Shown: piece by piece, positions 26,811 to 36,491 of the stretch | Layout of the letters: every line of letters begins with the position of its first letter | Position numbering within the stretch: the stretch's first letter is position 1 | Virus record (IMG/VR): IMGVR_UViG_2935054407_000002 | Location: 37,578-101,577 of that record | Reading direction: 5' to 3' (one strand) | Origin: a virus | Taxonomy: Duplodnaviria > Heunggongvirae > Uroviricota > Caudoviricetes | Length of the DNA: 64,000 bases | Notes under the pieces: model-generated | Databases searched by the model: none | What the model was told of the DNA's origin: nothing | The model's input: the letters and a program-made list of their open reading frames with translations, nothing else | Position numbers and translations under genes: made by a program

Positions 26811-27059
26811 TCAGGCCACCGTCCCGTCAGACGCAGCCCGCCGACGAGCAACCCACATGCCAGCAGCGACAGGCCACAAGAGCCCAGCGAGCAGACACGT
26901 GACGAGGCAGTACGCCCACCCCAAGATGGTGTGCAGGCCCCCGTCTCGGTAGCCGAAAACGATGACGTTTTTGGTCCGATATCCGTAAGCGAGGTGGGCG
27001 ATGACGGCGCCGATGAGTGAGTAGCAGAGCAGAGCGACAGCTAGCCAGGGCCAGGTCAT
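26811..27059 (-). CDS. Small membrane protein
   Basis: Two predicted transmembrane segments (MTWPWLAVALLCYSLIGAVIAHL...). Confidence 0.4.
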   Translation of the reverse strand: MTWPWLAVALLCYSLIGAVIAHLAYGYRTKNVIVFGYRDGGLHTILGWAYCLVTCLLAGLLWPVAAGMWVARRRAASDGTVA

Positions 27060-27222
27060 AAGTGTTCTCCACGGGGGGGTTTCGGGGGGATGTTGTGTGG
27101 CCCGGCCTCTCCACCCCCCGGAGGAAGACCGGGCCACGTGCGCGGCGATCGTGTGCTGGGGGGCTCACAACCGGCGTCGCGCGGCGCACCCACCCATCAG
27201 GGAAGGTGCGCGTTTTGAGGGG

Positions 27223-27260
27223 GTTGGCCGGCGCCTCGCGCGCAGCCGACCAACCCCGAG
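27223..27260. other. Strong stem-loop (13-bp stem)
   Basis: gggttggccggc...gccgaccaaccc. No T-run. Confidence 0.3.
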
Positions 27261-27337
27261 GGCTCAACACGGCACGGGAAGCACCGCGGAACCCAGCCCC
27301 ACCCGCCAGAGGGGGCGATCGGGAAATCTAAGGGAAT

Positions 27338-27607
27338 CTAGGCTGCGGCGAAGCGGAGACCCTTACGAGCCCACCGCCACTCATCGCGCTCTTCCGGGGT
27401 CGGCAGAATCCTCAACCCGAGGTTCTTCATCGCGTCGATCGTCGACAGATCCCAGAAGTCGTAGAACACGACCCTGCCGACCTGGCCGAGCTTGCGCGCC
27501 TTGTACCGTGCCGGCCAGTCCCGCAGCGTCGACCACTCGCGGCCGAGCTCCTCGGCGGCTTTCTGCAGGGCGATCGGGTCGGGCTGCTCTTCGTCTGCGT
27601 GCACGGG
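27338..27607 (-). CDS. Hypothetical protein (start uncertain)
   Basis: ORF in the track. N-terminal part overlaps RRRR-rich low-complexity sequence. Confidence 0.3.
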   Translation of the reverse strand, partial: PVHADEEQPDPIALQKAAEELGREWSTLRDWPARYKARKLGQVGRVVFYDFWDLSTIDAMKNLGLRILPTPEERDEWRWARKGLRFAAA

Positions 27608-27923
27608 ATCACCTCCCGGGCAGCAAAAAGCCCTCGACGCGGGGGGCGTTCGAGGGCTGGCAAGGTCAATCTTCGAAACGAAGTGTCGCAAACATTCGTC
27701 GTTTAGACAAATAGCGGCGCGCCGAAACCTCAGGCGGTGGGCGCGGTGACGGCGAGCCACTCCGCGACCGTCAATGTCAGAGCCTCTTTCGGCACGTCAA
27801 TCGGTAGGACGAACGGGACGACGTAGAAGCCGCCGTCAGCGCGCGGCATGACGTCAGCGACATCAGCGAGGCAGGGAGGGGAAGTGACCACGATGGACCA
27901 TTCTCCCCTCCCCTGCAGGCGGC

Positions 27924-28775
27924 TCAAGCCCTGCGTGCTTCGGTGTCGTCGAGGCGCCCGGGGACAGCGAGGCTGCGCCGGCGGGCACCAGTGCGGCGGA
28001 TCATGTCGCCGGTGGCCGTGACGAGGTCCCGGTACTCCTGCGCCGTGTAGGTGGTGCCGCACTGGCGGCATTTGGCGCCGTCGAACTCGCCGTCCCCGTT
28101 GAGGACCTCGAACAACTGCTTGTACCCGCACGGGGTCTGACAGGGGGTCGGCAGGTGCCGGGCCGGGACGTCGGTCTCCCCTACCTGGCGTCGGCATCGG
28201 TAGTGCAGTTGGAGGACTTCGAGGCCGGCGCGGGCGCCGTCGAGGTCGAGGAGGACGTCGGCGTACTCGGCGGATCGGTGGACCAGGCCCGTGGTGCCAG
28301 CCGGTAGGTCGGATGCCTCGCGGAGGGAGATGGAGCGCATCATGGGCTGCGGCTCCAGCGCGAGCAGGGCGTCTACGTGGGCGGCGAGAACCGAGCAGGC
28401 GGATCGGACGACGTCGTAGGAGACGGCCCGCTGCGATCCGAACTCCGGGACGTTCAGCCGGGCGACCGCGGCGACACGCTCCCACCACGACACCATGACC
28501 GCGACCACGTCCCGCAGCAGCTCATCCGCAGCCAACGACACGGGGATGGGCGCGGACTTCGAGATCGAGACCTTCGGGCCGGCGGATTGGCCTCGCTGCC
28601 CCAAAGTGGCGTGGACGCGGAGCCAGTAGGCGGGGAGTTCGCGGATCGCGCGCTCGATGACTCCCCTACAGGAGTCGCAATAGGCCCTTGGAGTGAGCGC
28701 TCCGAGGCGGATGGTCTTGCCGTCCACGACTTCGAGGCGGGCGTCGGAGCATCGTTCGGCGCGGGCGCATTCCTC
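27924..28775 (-). CDS. Hypothetical protein with a C-terminal zinc ribbon
   Basis: CQTPCGYK...CRQCGTTY. Confidence 0.5.
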   Translation of the reverse strand, partial: EECARAERCSDARLEVVDGKTIRLGALTPRAYCDSCRGVIERAIRELPAYWLRVHATLGQRGQSAGPKVSISKSAPIPVSLAADELLRDVVAVMVSWWERVAAVARLNVPEFGSQRAVSYDVVRSACSVLAAHVDALLALEPQPMMRSISLREASDLPAGTTGLVHRSAEYADVLLDLDGARAGLEVLQLHYRCRRQVGETDVPARHLPTPCQTPCGYKQLFEVLNGDGEFDGAKCRQCGTTYTAQEYRDLVTATGDMIRRTGARRRSLAVPGRLDDTEARRA

Positions 28776-29080
28776 CATGCCCTCGTTGGGGTCGAAGTCA
28801 TCGGGGGCTGAGTGAACCCAGTAGGTCGGCAAGGCGGGCCTCCTCAAGGTCGTACGCTGAGAGGAGACCACTGGGGATCGGGGGTCTGACGAGGCGGTGC
28901 GGGCGGCTCTCCGAGTGGGATCGGGGAGCCGCTTTCGTGTGTCAGCAGCCCGGCCGGGTCATCTATTCCAGGCGCCCGCGGAGCGTCGTCCGCAACCGGA
29001 CACTTTCCCCTGGGGGTGGCGACAGCGCGATGCTGTGCTGCTTACGGTGTGGGCGTCCAGCTACAGCGAAGGAGGCTCCC

Positions 29081-29242
29081 ATGTCGTACCCCAACCAGTT
29101 CGCGGACTACGAGCGGAAAGCCCTTGAAGCGTTGAATAAGGGCAAGGTCGCCGAAGCTCAGGTGTGGGCGACCCTTAAACACGCTGAGGTCCTCTCGGTG
29201 ATCTCGGACAGGTTGGAAAGCCTCAGCATGAGGCTGACTTAG
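29081..29242 (+). CDS. Small + strand protein (53 aa)
   Basis: GAAGGAGG ribosome-binding site, then ATG. MSYPNQFADYERKALEALNKGKVAEAQVWATLKHAEV... Confidence 0.45.
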   Translation: MSYPNQFADYERKALEALNKGKVAEAQVWATLKHAEVLSVISDRLESLSMRLT

Positions 29243-29284
29243 CTTTCAGTCCCGCACTGCTTGAGCGGGCGGGCAGGTCCTTGC

Positions 29285-29545
29285 TCAACGGCCCTCCTGA
29301 GGATCAACACGCTCGAACACAACGCGTTCCGCAGTGAGGTTGGGTCTCGCGGTGTAGCCGACGTCCAGCCAGACAGCTTGCGTGTGCCCAGGGTCGGTCC
29401 CCCACCATGCGGGATGCTCGGAAGCGCTGGCAGGCAGGGGTTCGCCGATCATGCGGGACACTTCGGCGAACGTCATTTCGATGCGGGGGCGTCCGTCGTC
29501 GTGGAGGTGGCGGGCGAGACGCTCGTACTGCTCACGCGTGACCAT
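29285..29545 (-). CDS. Hypothetical protein
   Basis: 86 aa ORF. Confidence 0.45.
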   Translation of the reverse strand: MVTREQYERLARHLHDDGRPRIEMTFAEVSRMIGEPLPASASEHPAWWGTDPGHTQAVWLDVGYTARPNLTAERVVFERVDPQEGR

Positions 29546-29600
29546 TAGGTCTCCTCGGTGGCGGCGTTGACGGTTACGGGCATGGCGCTGGCGATCTCGA

Positions 29601-30038
29601 TTACGGCTGCTCCCCTGCGTGGAAGCGATCCAGGAAGATCGAGACCAGTTCCCGCAGGCGCTGACGGCTCAACACCTTGTGTACCTCTGAGGGGCACACG
29701 TTGGTCTGCAGGTGAAGGATGTCGTCCAGCGCCCGGAGGAGCCCGTCAACGACCTTCGCCATGTCGTGCTCATCCCACGCTTTGGTGGACACCTGGACCA
29801 GCCAGTCGAGGATGTGGGCGGAGTCAACACACCGCTCCAGGTCAACTTCGTAGGTGCGGTGGTTGGCGGAGTCGAAGAGTTCCAGCAGAAGGTGGTTCGG
29901 GTCGAGGCGCCAGCCATTCCATGCTGTGTCGGCGATGACGTTGTTGTCGTAGAAGCGTCGGCGGGCGAGGAATTCCGCGTCAACGCCCTCCGTGAATTCC
30001 TTGAACCCGTAGATGCGCGTTTCGGGGGTGTCGCTCAT
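29601..30038 (-). CDS. Hypothetical protein
   Basis: 145 aa ORF with good codon bias. Confidence 0.5.
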   Translation of the reverse strand: MSDTPETRIYGFKEFTEGVDAEFLARRRFYDNNVIADTAWNGWRLDPNHLLLELFDSANHRTYEVDLERCVDSAHILDWLVQVSTKAWDEHDMAKVVDGLLRALDDILHLQTNVCPSEVHKVLSRQRLRELVSIFLDRFHAGEQP

Positions 30039-30250
30039 CGGTTCTCCTCGGGGGTCGCGATGGTTCCGGGTAGGGCTCCGATGATCTCGAAGCCAAGAAG
30101 GCGCCCACCCTCGCTCAGGTCGACGTTGAGGATGGCGAGCACTTCGACTGTCTCAGCGACGGCGGTGGGCGGTGTGGAGGTGAGAGCCACGTACGACCTG
30201 CCAGCGGCGGGGATGGAGGTGAAGGTCGCGGGGACCTCGGCCGAACTCAA
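30035..30250 (-). CDS. Hypothetical protein
   Basis: 71 aa ORF. ATGA coupling. Confidence 0.4.
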   Translation of the reverse strand: MSSAEVPATFTSIPAAGRSYVALTSTPPTAVAETVEVLAILNVDLSEGGRLLGFEIIGALPGTIATPEENR

Positions 30251-30806
30251 CGGCGGTTCCTCCTGCGGCTGTACAGCGCCTCTTGGGCGTCGGTGTTCGG
30301 CAGCCTACGAGCGGGGCCGATGGAGCGTCGTGCGCCCTCCGAAAGGCTCACGGCGAGGACGTCATCCGGCGGCGGAAGCACCGGCGCGTACAGGATCGGC
30401 GGAGCAGGCGGGTCACCGGGAGCGACGCCATCCGGCTCGGGTAGCCCAGCAACAGAAACCGTCTTCGCCAGCAGTTTCGGGTAGTCGAGGAGGTACGCCT
30501 GCTCGATCCTCGCCCGCATCTCGGTCTGAAAGTCCGGCTCCGAAGGTGCGGGGAGGCGTGACCCGGAATCCACGAGGAGGGCTTCCATGCTCGCCGCCCA
30601 ACCAAGCTGCAAGCTGCCGAGAGTTCGACTGAAGGCCCGACTGAGTTGCTCGAAGCACTCGATGAGCGGCGTCATGTCGAGCCTGAACTCGATCCGCAGT
30701 TCGGGCTCGGGTTCGTCTGGCGCCCACCTCATGGCGTCGTCGCTGACGTAGTAGTCGTCGAGGCAGGCGTCGATCGCGGCGAGGACGCCGTCGGGGTTGC
30801 TCACAT
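30247..30806 (-). CDS. Hypothetical protein
   Basis: Start MSNPDGVLAAIDACLDDYY... Confidence 0.45.
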
Positions 30807-31322
30807 CGCCTCCAGGGCGGCTTCTACGGTCGGGCAAGCACTGAGGTAGGAGCACTTGCCGCACAGCTCTACACAGCGGCACAGCTCCGTTTTAGCGTGG
30901 TTCGCGGCGTGCTGGAGGATCCCCCGAGCCGCACACCACAGATCATCCGCCATCATCGGTTGCCCGCAGAGGGTGACGCCGATGTAGGAGCCCGGCCCCG
31001 CCTCCCGAACGGCTCCGGACGTGTACCGTCCTCGGCGGGTCGTGGGCGGCTCCAGGTGCGGCGGCACAGCGGGGTCGCGGACGTGCAGCGTCCCGAACGC
31101 TGGCCCGTCGTCGGGGGCGAGGTGGTTCGTCGGCCCCATCCACAAGGTGCCCGCCGGCGGGTGCGCGGACCGTCGCAGCCAGTTGGTCATGGTCTGGGCT
31201 CGGGCCGCCGACACCTGCTCGTCGGCCTCCCGGCGGAGACGGTCCACCTCCACGCGCAGGAACAGCGCCTCGCGGCGAAGCGTCTCCTCGGACGCCTTGT
31301 CGAGCTGGGCGACGGTCAGCAT
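30801..31322 (-). CDS. Hypothetical protein with a C-terminal Cys cluster
   Basis: CRCVELCGKCSYLSACP. Confidence 0.5.
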   Translation of the reverse strand: MLTVAQLDKASEETLRREALFLRVEVDRLRREADEQVSAARAQTMTNWLRRSAHPPAGTLWMGPTNHLAPDDGPAFGTLHVRDPAVPPHLEPPTTRRGRYTSGAVREAGPGSYIGVTLCGQPMMADDLWCAARGILQHAANHAKTELCRCVELCGKCSYLSACPTVEAALEAM

Positions 31323-32128
31323 CGAATCTCCTCGGCGCTAACGCGGTTCAGGCTCGGCAGAGGCGGGATGATCTCGGCCAGCCATCCGTCAGGGGCCGCG
31401 GTGAAGTGCGGCGCCGCCTCCGAGACCCACCGGGAGCGGACAGCCCTGGTGGTTGTCTCCTCCTGGGTGCGCTTGTCCACGTACGTGATGTCCTCCTCCG
31501 CCGTGTGGCGGACACACACCCTGCCGCGCTTCACACCGGCCGGGTAGTCGTTCCAGTTGATGCCGTGCTCGGTCCACAGCATGTCCTGCATCTTCCCGGC
31601 GGAGACGCCGTTGAGCTGCTTGTGGGAGAACTTCGCCTGCGCCGCCATCGTGACGCTGTTGCGGACGCAGTCGCGTTGCCGCCACAGGAAGTAGTTCGCG
31701 ACTTCGACGGGGTCGGGGATGGTGAAGACGCGGGCGTCGAACGTGGCGTGGGCGTCGTCGTAGCTGATGCCGTAGACGCGATTGAACGCAACGGTGGCGG
31801 TGGACGCGGCGATCGAGGCGATCTTCTGCACGACCCCGCCGAACCACGGCTGCGTGCCGTGGGCGTCGAAGTCCGTCAGCAGGATCGAGCACTCATCCGA
31901 CTGGGTGAACGCAAACACGCTGCCGGACATCTCCGCGCACAGGGCTTCGGCGACGGCGTCCATGGCGGCGACCACGGCGAAGTCGTACGGCTTGTCCGCG
32001 TGCCTCAGGAGGCTGTGAAAGGCCCTGCCATCGACCCGGGCGACGGTGAACGTGCGGCGCGGCAGAACCATGCGGGTCGGCTGCTCATACGCCTTGATGC
32101 GGTCTCCGAGAGCCGTCTTGTCGGTCAT
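31316..32128 (-). CDS. Thg1-like protein (tRNA-His guanylyltransferase / 3'-5' polymerase family)
   Basis: Thg1 motifs TVARVDGRAFHSL (cf. VVRLDGRNFH), FTQSDECSILL (cf. GQSDEYSFVF), YFLWRQRDCVRNS (cf. YLSWRQADCHINN). Confidence 0.7.
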   Translation of the reverse strand: MTDKTALGDRIKAYEQPTRMVLPRRTFTVARVDGRAFHSLLRHADKPYDFAVVAAMDAVAEALCAEMSGSVFAFTQSDECSILLTDFDAHGTQPWFGGVVQKIASIAASTATVAFNRVYGISYDDAHATFDARVFTIPDPVEVANYFLWRQRDCVRNSVTMAAQAKFSHKQLNGVSAGKMQDMLWTEHGINWNDYPAGVKRGRVCVRHTAEEDITYVDKRTQEETTTRAVRSRWVSEAAPHFTAAPDGWLAEIIPPLPSLNRVSAEEIRC

Positions 32129-32207
32129 GTGATCTCTTCCAGGGGTGGGGGAGATGGGTTCAGTTTGCCTGTGCCGGCCCGTAGGAGGCGGGCCGACAAC
32201 GGCAGAG

Positions 32208-32507
32208 TTAGGGCGCCTCGTGGTTGCACGTGACGACGGGAACGTTCCCTGTGGCATCCAAGACGGCCCACGCCTCGTTGAGGGTGTCGAACTGGCCGAG
32301 CGGTTCGATGTCCAGGCCGAGACGGCGGTGCGCGGAGACGTCCTTGGTGTTCGGGTGCGTTTCGCGGTGCTCCGCCATCCACTCGTGCAGGTGGTGCTCG
32401 ACGATAGCCGGGCGGGGGCTCTCGCCGTCGGGGTGAGTTGCAACGCGGTACACGTGGGCGTGGTAGCCGTCTGACTCGCAGACACAGCGGGCAGAGGGGT
32501 CGTCCAT
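32208..32507 (-). CDS. His-rich hypothetical protein
   Basis: Start MDDPSARCVCESDGYHAHVY... Confidence 0.4.
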   Translation of the reverse strand: MDDPSARCVCESDGYHAHVYRVATHPDGESPRPAIVEHHLHEWMAEHRETHPNTKDVSAHRRLGLDIEPLGQFDTLNEAWAVLDATGNVPVVTCNHEAP

Positions 32508-32511
32508 CGGC

Positions 32512-32769
32512 TCAGCCCTTCTCGGTGTTGGTGGGGAACACGGCCCCCAGCTCGGCGACGAACGTGGCGAGGACCTCATCTGCCTGAACGTGAAGCCTCT
32601 CCGAACTGGTGGCCCTCCAGGAGCGGACCCCGGCGACGGGCAGGTTCGTGCGGAGACGGTAGGACGGCTTCCCCGTCGTTGAGTTGTCCTCGATGGTGAA
32701 CAGCGTGTGGGAGCCAACCTGCCCGTTCTCACTGCCGTAGTTGGTTGTGTTCCAGACGATGCGGGACAT
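32512..32769 (-). CDS. Hypothetical protein
   Basis: 85 aa ORF. Confidence 0.4.
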   Translation of the reverse strand: MSRIVWNTTNYGSENGQVGSHTLFTIEDNSTTGKPSYRLRTNLPVAGVRSWRATSSERLHVQADEVLATFVAELGAVFPTNTEKG

Positions 32770-32920
32770 ACTCAGCTCTCCTCGGGGTCAGGGGCGGGTG
32801 CGGAGGGCGGCGACGAGCGCCAAGACGATGACGCCGGCGCAGAACGCGCGGGCGAACTGGCGAGGCGAGCAGGGGATCAGGTACACGGCGGGCTCCGATC
32901 GGGTCAGGTGGGGTTGAGCG

Positions 32921-33328
32921 TCACTTGATGAACGGCCTAGCCCATGCGCTCACCTGGTCACGGAATACCAGCACAAGCACCAGCACCACGAACGGGACCG
33001 CCAGGATCCGGGCCACGCCGCCCCAGGTGCGGGCTTGCGCGTTGAACCACTTCTCAAAGGCGGGAAACAGGCGGACGGTGGGCGCCTCGTCGATCCGCTC
33101 CGCCCAGTCCGGGGTGTCGGCGTACCAGCGGGCGCGTGCCGCCCATCGGCGGGCACCGAGCCGGGCGACGGCAGCACCGGCCAGCGCTGCCGTTGCCGCT
33201 GCAAGTAGGCGCGGTTCGTGTGTCGTGAACCACGTGATCAGTAATGTGATCGCCGCGCTGATCTGGATGTACACCGCGCCCTTCCGGAAGCGCGACATGC
33301 GGTCGGCTTCTCGCTCCAACCTGTGCAT
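32921..33328 (-). CDS. Membrane protein
   Basis: Two or three hydrophobic helices. Confidence 0.5.
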   Translation of the reverse strand: MHRLEREADRMSRFRKGAVYIQISAAITLLITWFTTHEPRLLAAATAALAGAAVARLGARRWAARARWYADTPDWAERIDEAPTVRLFPAFEKWFNAQARTWGGVARILAVPFVVLVLVLVFRDQVSAWARPFIK

Positions 33329-33360
33329 CAGGAGGTGCTCCTTTCCGGGGAGGGCTGGGG

Positions 33361-33615
33361 CTAGTTGTTGCGGCGGAGGAACGCCTGCCGCCGCTCGTAG
33401 CGCAGGTACTCATGAGCGGTCTCGACGAAGTCCGTGATCTCCTCGTCGGAGAGGTCCGGGTCGTCCAGGCTGGCCATCAGCTCGGGGTCGTTGCTGCCGC
33501 AGGTGAGGCACTGACGGATGTGGGCGATCGTCTTCGCGCGCTGCTCGGCGGTGGTGAGGGGGGTGGGCTCCTCGTCGATCTCGGCGGGGACGGGGCGGGC
33601 GGTGGTGGCGTTCAA
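33361..33615 (-). CDS. Hypothetical protein
   Basis: Start MNATTARPVPAEIDEEP... Contains CLTCGS. Confidence 0.4.
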   Translation of the reverse strand: MNATTARPVPAEIDEEPTPLTTAEQRAKTIAHIRQCLTCGSNDPELMASLDDPDLSDEEITDFVETAHEYLRYERRQAFLRRNN

Positions 33616-33653
33616 GGCGGGTCTCCGATCGGTCAGACGGGCGGGCTGGTCTG

Positions 33654-33850
33654 TCAGTTGTCCGGGGTCACGACCTCGTACAGGCCCCAGCCGCCGCTGT
33701 CCCACTGGTGGACGATGACCTTCGCCGTTCCGGCCGCGATCTGCTCACGCACGTACACGTAAGCCTTGTTCTCGCTGCGGAAGCTCTTGTGCTCTCCCTC
33801 GGTCACCTGGTCGAGGTACACGCGCCACTTGCTGCTCGGCGGGTTCGTCA
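33654..33850 (-). CDS. Hypothetical small protein
   Basis: Start MTNPPSSKWRVYLDQV... Confidence 0.4.
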
Positions 33851-33948
33851 TCACGTTTCTCCGGTTCGTTCGCGGGGGTGGGGTGGTCGGTCTGGTCGGG
33901 TGGTCTGTCCGCTGCTCCGGGCCCTGGAGCAGCAGGCGGGCCAACCGA

Positions 33949-34371
33949 TCAGGCGGCGGAGTTCGGCAGGGCGGCGAGGGTGGCGAAGAAGCCGGACGGG
34001 CGAGTCTCGGCGTAGATCGTTGCGAAGCGGGAGGTCTGCGCGGTCTCGATGGCGGCGGCGATGGAGTTCTGCACCGTCTGAGCTGCGGTCTGCGCGTTGG
34101 CCAGGTTGCGGGCGGTGATGCTGAGCAGGGCGGCGGAGCGGTCAGTTTCGTAGACGACGGTGCCCCAGTCGTCGTCTTCCATCTCCATGTCGGAGATGAC
34201 GTTGAGGGCGGCGCCCTGGTTGCGCTGCGCGGTGGCGAAGTGGCCGAGGAGAGCAGCGATGTCGCCGTCCCAGGTGGCGTCCTCGTTGCCTTTGGTGATG
34301 GCGTCGGACAGGAGGGCGGAGAGGCGGGCGATCTCGGCGACGATCTCCGTGGGGGTAAAGGTGGCTGTCAC
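33949..34371 (-). CDS. Hypothetical protein
   Basis: 140 aa ORF. Confidence 0.5.
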   Translation of the reverse strand: MTATFTPTEIVAEIARLSALLSDAITKGNEDATWDGDIAALLGHFATAQRNQGAALNVISDMEMEDDDWGTVVYETDRSAALLSITARNLANAQTAAQTVQNSIAAAIETAQTSRFATIYAETRPSGFFATLAALPNSAA

Positions 34372-34450
34372 GTCGTTCTCCCTGTTCGTGCGGGGGCGGG
34401 TCGGCCAGGCGGAGTGGAGGGGACTCCTCGTGGAAGCCCCCTCCGCCCCG

Positions 34451-35093
34451 TCAGAGCGAGGCGTGGTTAGCGATCAGCCATCCGTCGCAGATGCCGCCGA
34501 TCGTGGTCTCCTCACACTCCTTGGCGATGCGGGCGACCAGGCGGCACAACTGGTACGGGGTGTAGGCGGCGATCCGGTTTTCGGATGCGGCGTTCATGCG
34601 GCCGGAGACCATGCACTTGCGCAGGGCGTAGGCAACGGTGTGGATCCGGGCGGTGAGGTTGGACTTGTCGCTGCGGGCCAGGGCTGCGAGGACGTGGTCG
34701 TAGCGGCGGCCTTCGCTGATGGCGATGCCGTACTCGTCGGTGAGGGAGAACTTACGGGTGCGAGTGCCAACCTTGATGGCCTTGGCGATCTCGCGGGCGG
34801 TCATGTTCTCGCTGGTCTTGATCGCGGCGGTCATGTCGCTGAGGAGCGCGAGAGCCTGGTCGAAGGTTAAGGTGCGGGATTCTTCGTAGGCCAGCCCCTT
34901 CTCTGCCTCGACGAGCATCCGCAGGATCTGCGTTGGGATGTTCGCCTTCGCGATGTCCCGCCGGCGGTTGTAGGCGCCCTCGCCGCGGAGCCTGACGTCC
35001 CAGCAGTCGCCGCTCTGCTTCTTGATTTCGATCTCGTAGCCGTACTTCTCGGCGATGTCGCTGGCCTGGGGCTGAAGGTCTGCGGTGGCGGTC
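34451..35093 (-). CDS. Hypothetical protein
   Basis: Start MTATADLQPQASDIAEKYGYEIEIKK... Confidence 0.5.
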
Positions 35094-35170
35094 ATGTCGT
35101 TCTCCTCGGCTCGTTGCTGTTGACACAACTGTACCGACTCTCGGTACGGCTGTCCATAGTGTCGGGACAC

Positions 35171-35686
35171 TCACTGTCGGGACGTACCGTCTTCGCCTAC
35201 ACTCATCCCATGGACCACCCCACCGAGCGCCGCCCTGTCGCCGTCAGCGACGTCGCCACCCTCCTCGGCGTCAGCGTCCACACCGTCAACCAGTGGCGAA
35301 AACGAGCCGCTTCCGCCACGAGGGTCGAGCCCTTCCCTCCCCCCGTCGGCAAGGTCGCCGGAGTCGACTACTGGTGGAACGACCAGATCAGCGAGTGGGC
35401 CCGACGGACCGGACGAATCAAGGACGAGCCCGCCAGCGAGTAGGTCTCCCTGCCCCTCGACGGACCCGCCGGCCCGCGCGGGAATCCACAGGCGAGCCGG
35501 CGTGATGATGCCGAGGATCTCCGCGCAGTCGTCGCCGAAGCCGAGCTCACGCGACTCGCGGCGGGTCAACGGTTGGTGGCACCTGCCGCACAGAACCTCA
35601 CGCCGTGCGACAGGAGACTCCTCGGCGGGGAACAGGCTCACCGGGGCTCCGGTAGGGCAGAGCGGAGACGAGCCGGGAGATGGCAC
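35171..35686 (-). CDS. Zinc-ribbon protein (LCGRCH...GFGDDCAEILG motif) whose C-terminal part is antisense to the HTH gene
   Basis: N-terminal 80 aa carry a phage-typical C-x2-C...G-x-G-x-x-C motif. There is no in-frame stop until 35171. Confidence 0.4.
   Translation of the reverse strand: MPSPGSSPLCPTGAPVSLFPAEESPVARREVLCGRCHQPLTRRESRELGFGDDCAEILGIITPARLWIPARAGGSVEGQGDLLAGGLVLDSSGPSGPLADLVVPPVVDSGDLADGGREGLDPRGGSGSFSPLVDGVDADAEEGGDVADGDRAALGGVVHGMSVGEDGTSRQ
35209..35443 (+). CDS. HTH DNA-binding protein (excisionase/MerR-like HTH_17)
   Basis: VSDVATLLGVSVHTVNQWRKR...PPVGKVAGVDYWWNDQISEWA. Confidence 0.55.
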
Positions 35687-35919
35687 TCCTCCCGCCAGCA
35701 GGCAGCGTCCGTACAGATGTCATCCGCTGCGGCCAGAGTGGTGATGGCTGCGACGAGATCCGACACGTCCACGATGGCCTTGCCGTGCTCGGTGAGCTCG
35801 GTCAGCACCGCCTCCGTGATGGCGCTCCGGCCGCTGAGCGGAATCCAGTGGCCGGACGCTGACAGGGCCCGGGAGGCGGCGTTGTGGACGATCGCGCGGG
35901 TGCGCTGCTCAGGCGTCAC
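35638..35919 (-). CDS. Hypothetical protein
   Basis: 93 aa ORF. Confidence 0.4.
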   Translation of the reverse strand: MTPEQRTRAIVHNAASRALSASGHWIPLSGRSAITEAVLTELTEHGKAIVDVSDLVAAITTLAAADDICTDAACWREECHLPARLRSALPEPR

Positions 35920-36178
35920 GGCCGGCCTCCTGCTGGGCGATCTGCTCGGTCATCGCGGCGAGCGCCGCTTCGGCTTTCTCTGCGCGCTCCCGCCAGTGCT
36001 TCGCGTACTCCCTCCAAGCGTCCACAGTCTTCTCCGCGTAGCCGCGCCGGAGTTCGTTCGCCCCTCCCGGAGCGAAAACGCACGAGGCGGGATCGGCGCC
36101 GTGGCAGTGGTCGCAAGAGTGCGGGCGGAGGTCGTCGGGGAGGGTGGGCTCAGGCATCGGGCGCCTCCAGCCCAGCAA
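35909..36178 (-). CDS. Hypothetical protein
   Basis: 89 aa ORF containing CDHCH. Confidence 0.4.
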   Translation of the reverse strand: MLGWRRPMPEPTLPDDLRPHSCDHCHGADPASCVFAPGGANELRRGYAEKTVDAWREYAKHWRERAEKAEAALAAMTEQIAQQEAGRDA

Positions 36179-36491
36179 CCCGCTCGGCGATCGCCTGCAG
36201 CTTCGCCTCGAACACCGTCCGCGGGTCGTCCGTCACGGAGGCGAGGGCGACCATCGCGGTCACGATGACGTCCACCAGCTCGTCCGTGAGGTCAGCGCTG
36301 GCGTGGGTGGCGCCTTTGCGGGGGTTCTGGCCGAGCATGCCGATGCGCGCCTGAGTGGCTTCACCGACCTCTTCGGCGATCTTCAGGATGCGTAGCGTCA
36401 CCTCGTGGTCGTCACGGCCGTTGCTGCGGTCCAGCCACGACACCAGGCCGGCGATCGTCGACCACATCGAGTCGGCGGGGAGCTCAGGCAT
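36150..36491 (-). CDS. mazG: MazG-like nucleotide pyrophosphohydrolase
   Basis: Small all-alpha protein. EEVGEATQA...TDELVDVIVTAM pattern typical of phage MazG. Confidence 0.6.
   Translation of the reverse strand: MPELPADSMWSTIAGLVSWLDRSNGRDDHEVTLRILKIAEEVGEATQARIGMLGQNPRKGATHASADLTDELVDVIVTAMVALASVTDDPRTVFEAKLQAIAERVAGLEAPDA

Noticed and set aside
27730-28488. 252-aa Arg/Pro-rich ORF and other overlapping alternative-frame ORFs (for example 755-1228, 1093-1644, 2954-3571, 14059-14757, 15662-16552, 25498-26241)
   Set aside because: These are RRRP-type composition from alternative frames of real genes in high-GC DNA. They have no motifs and no sensible starts.
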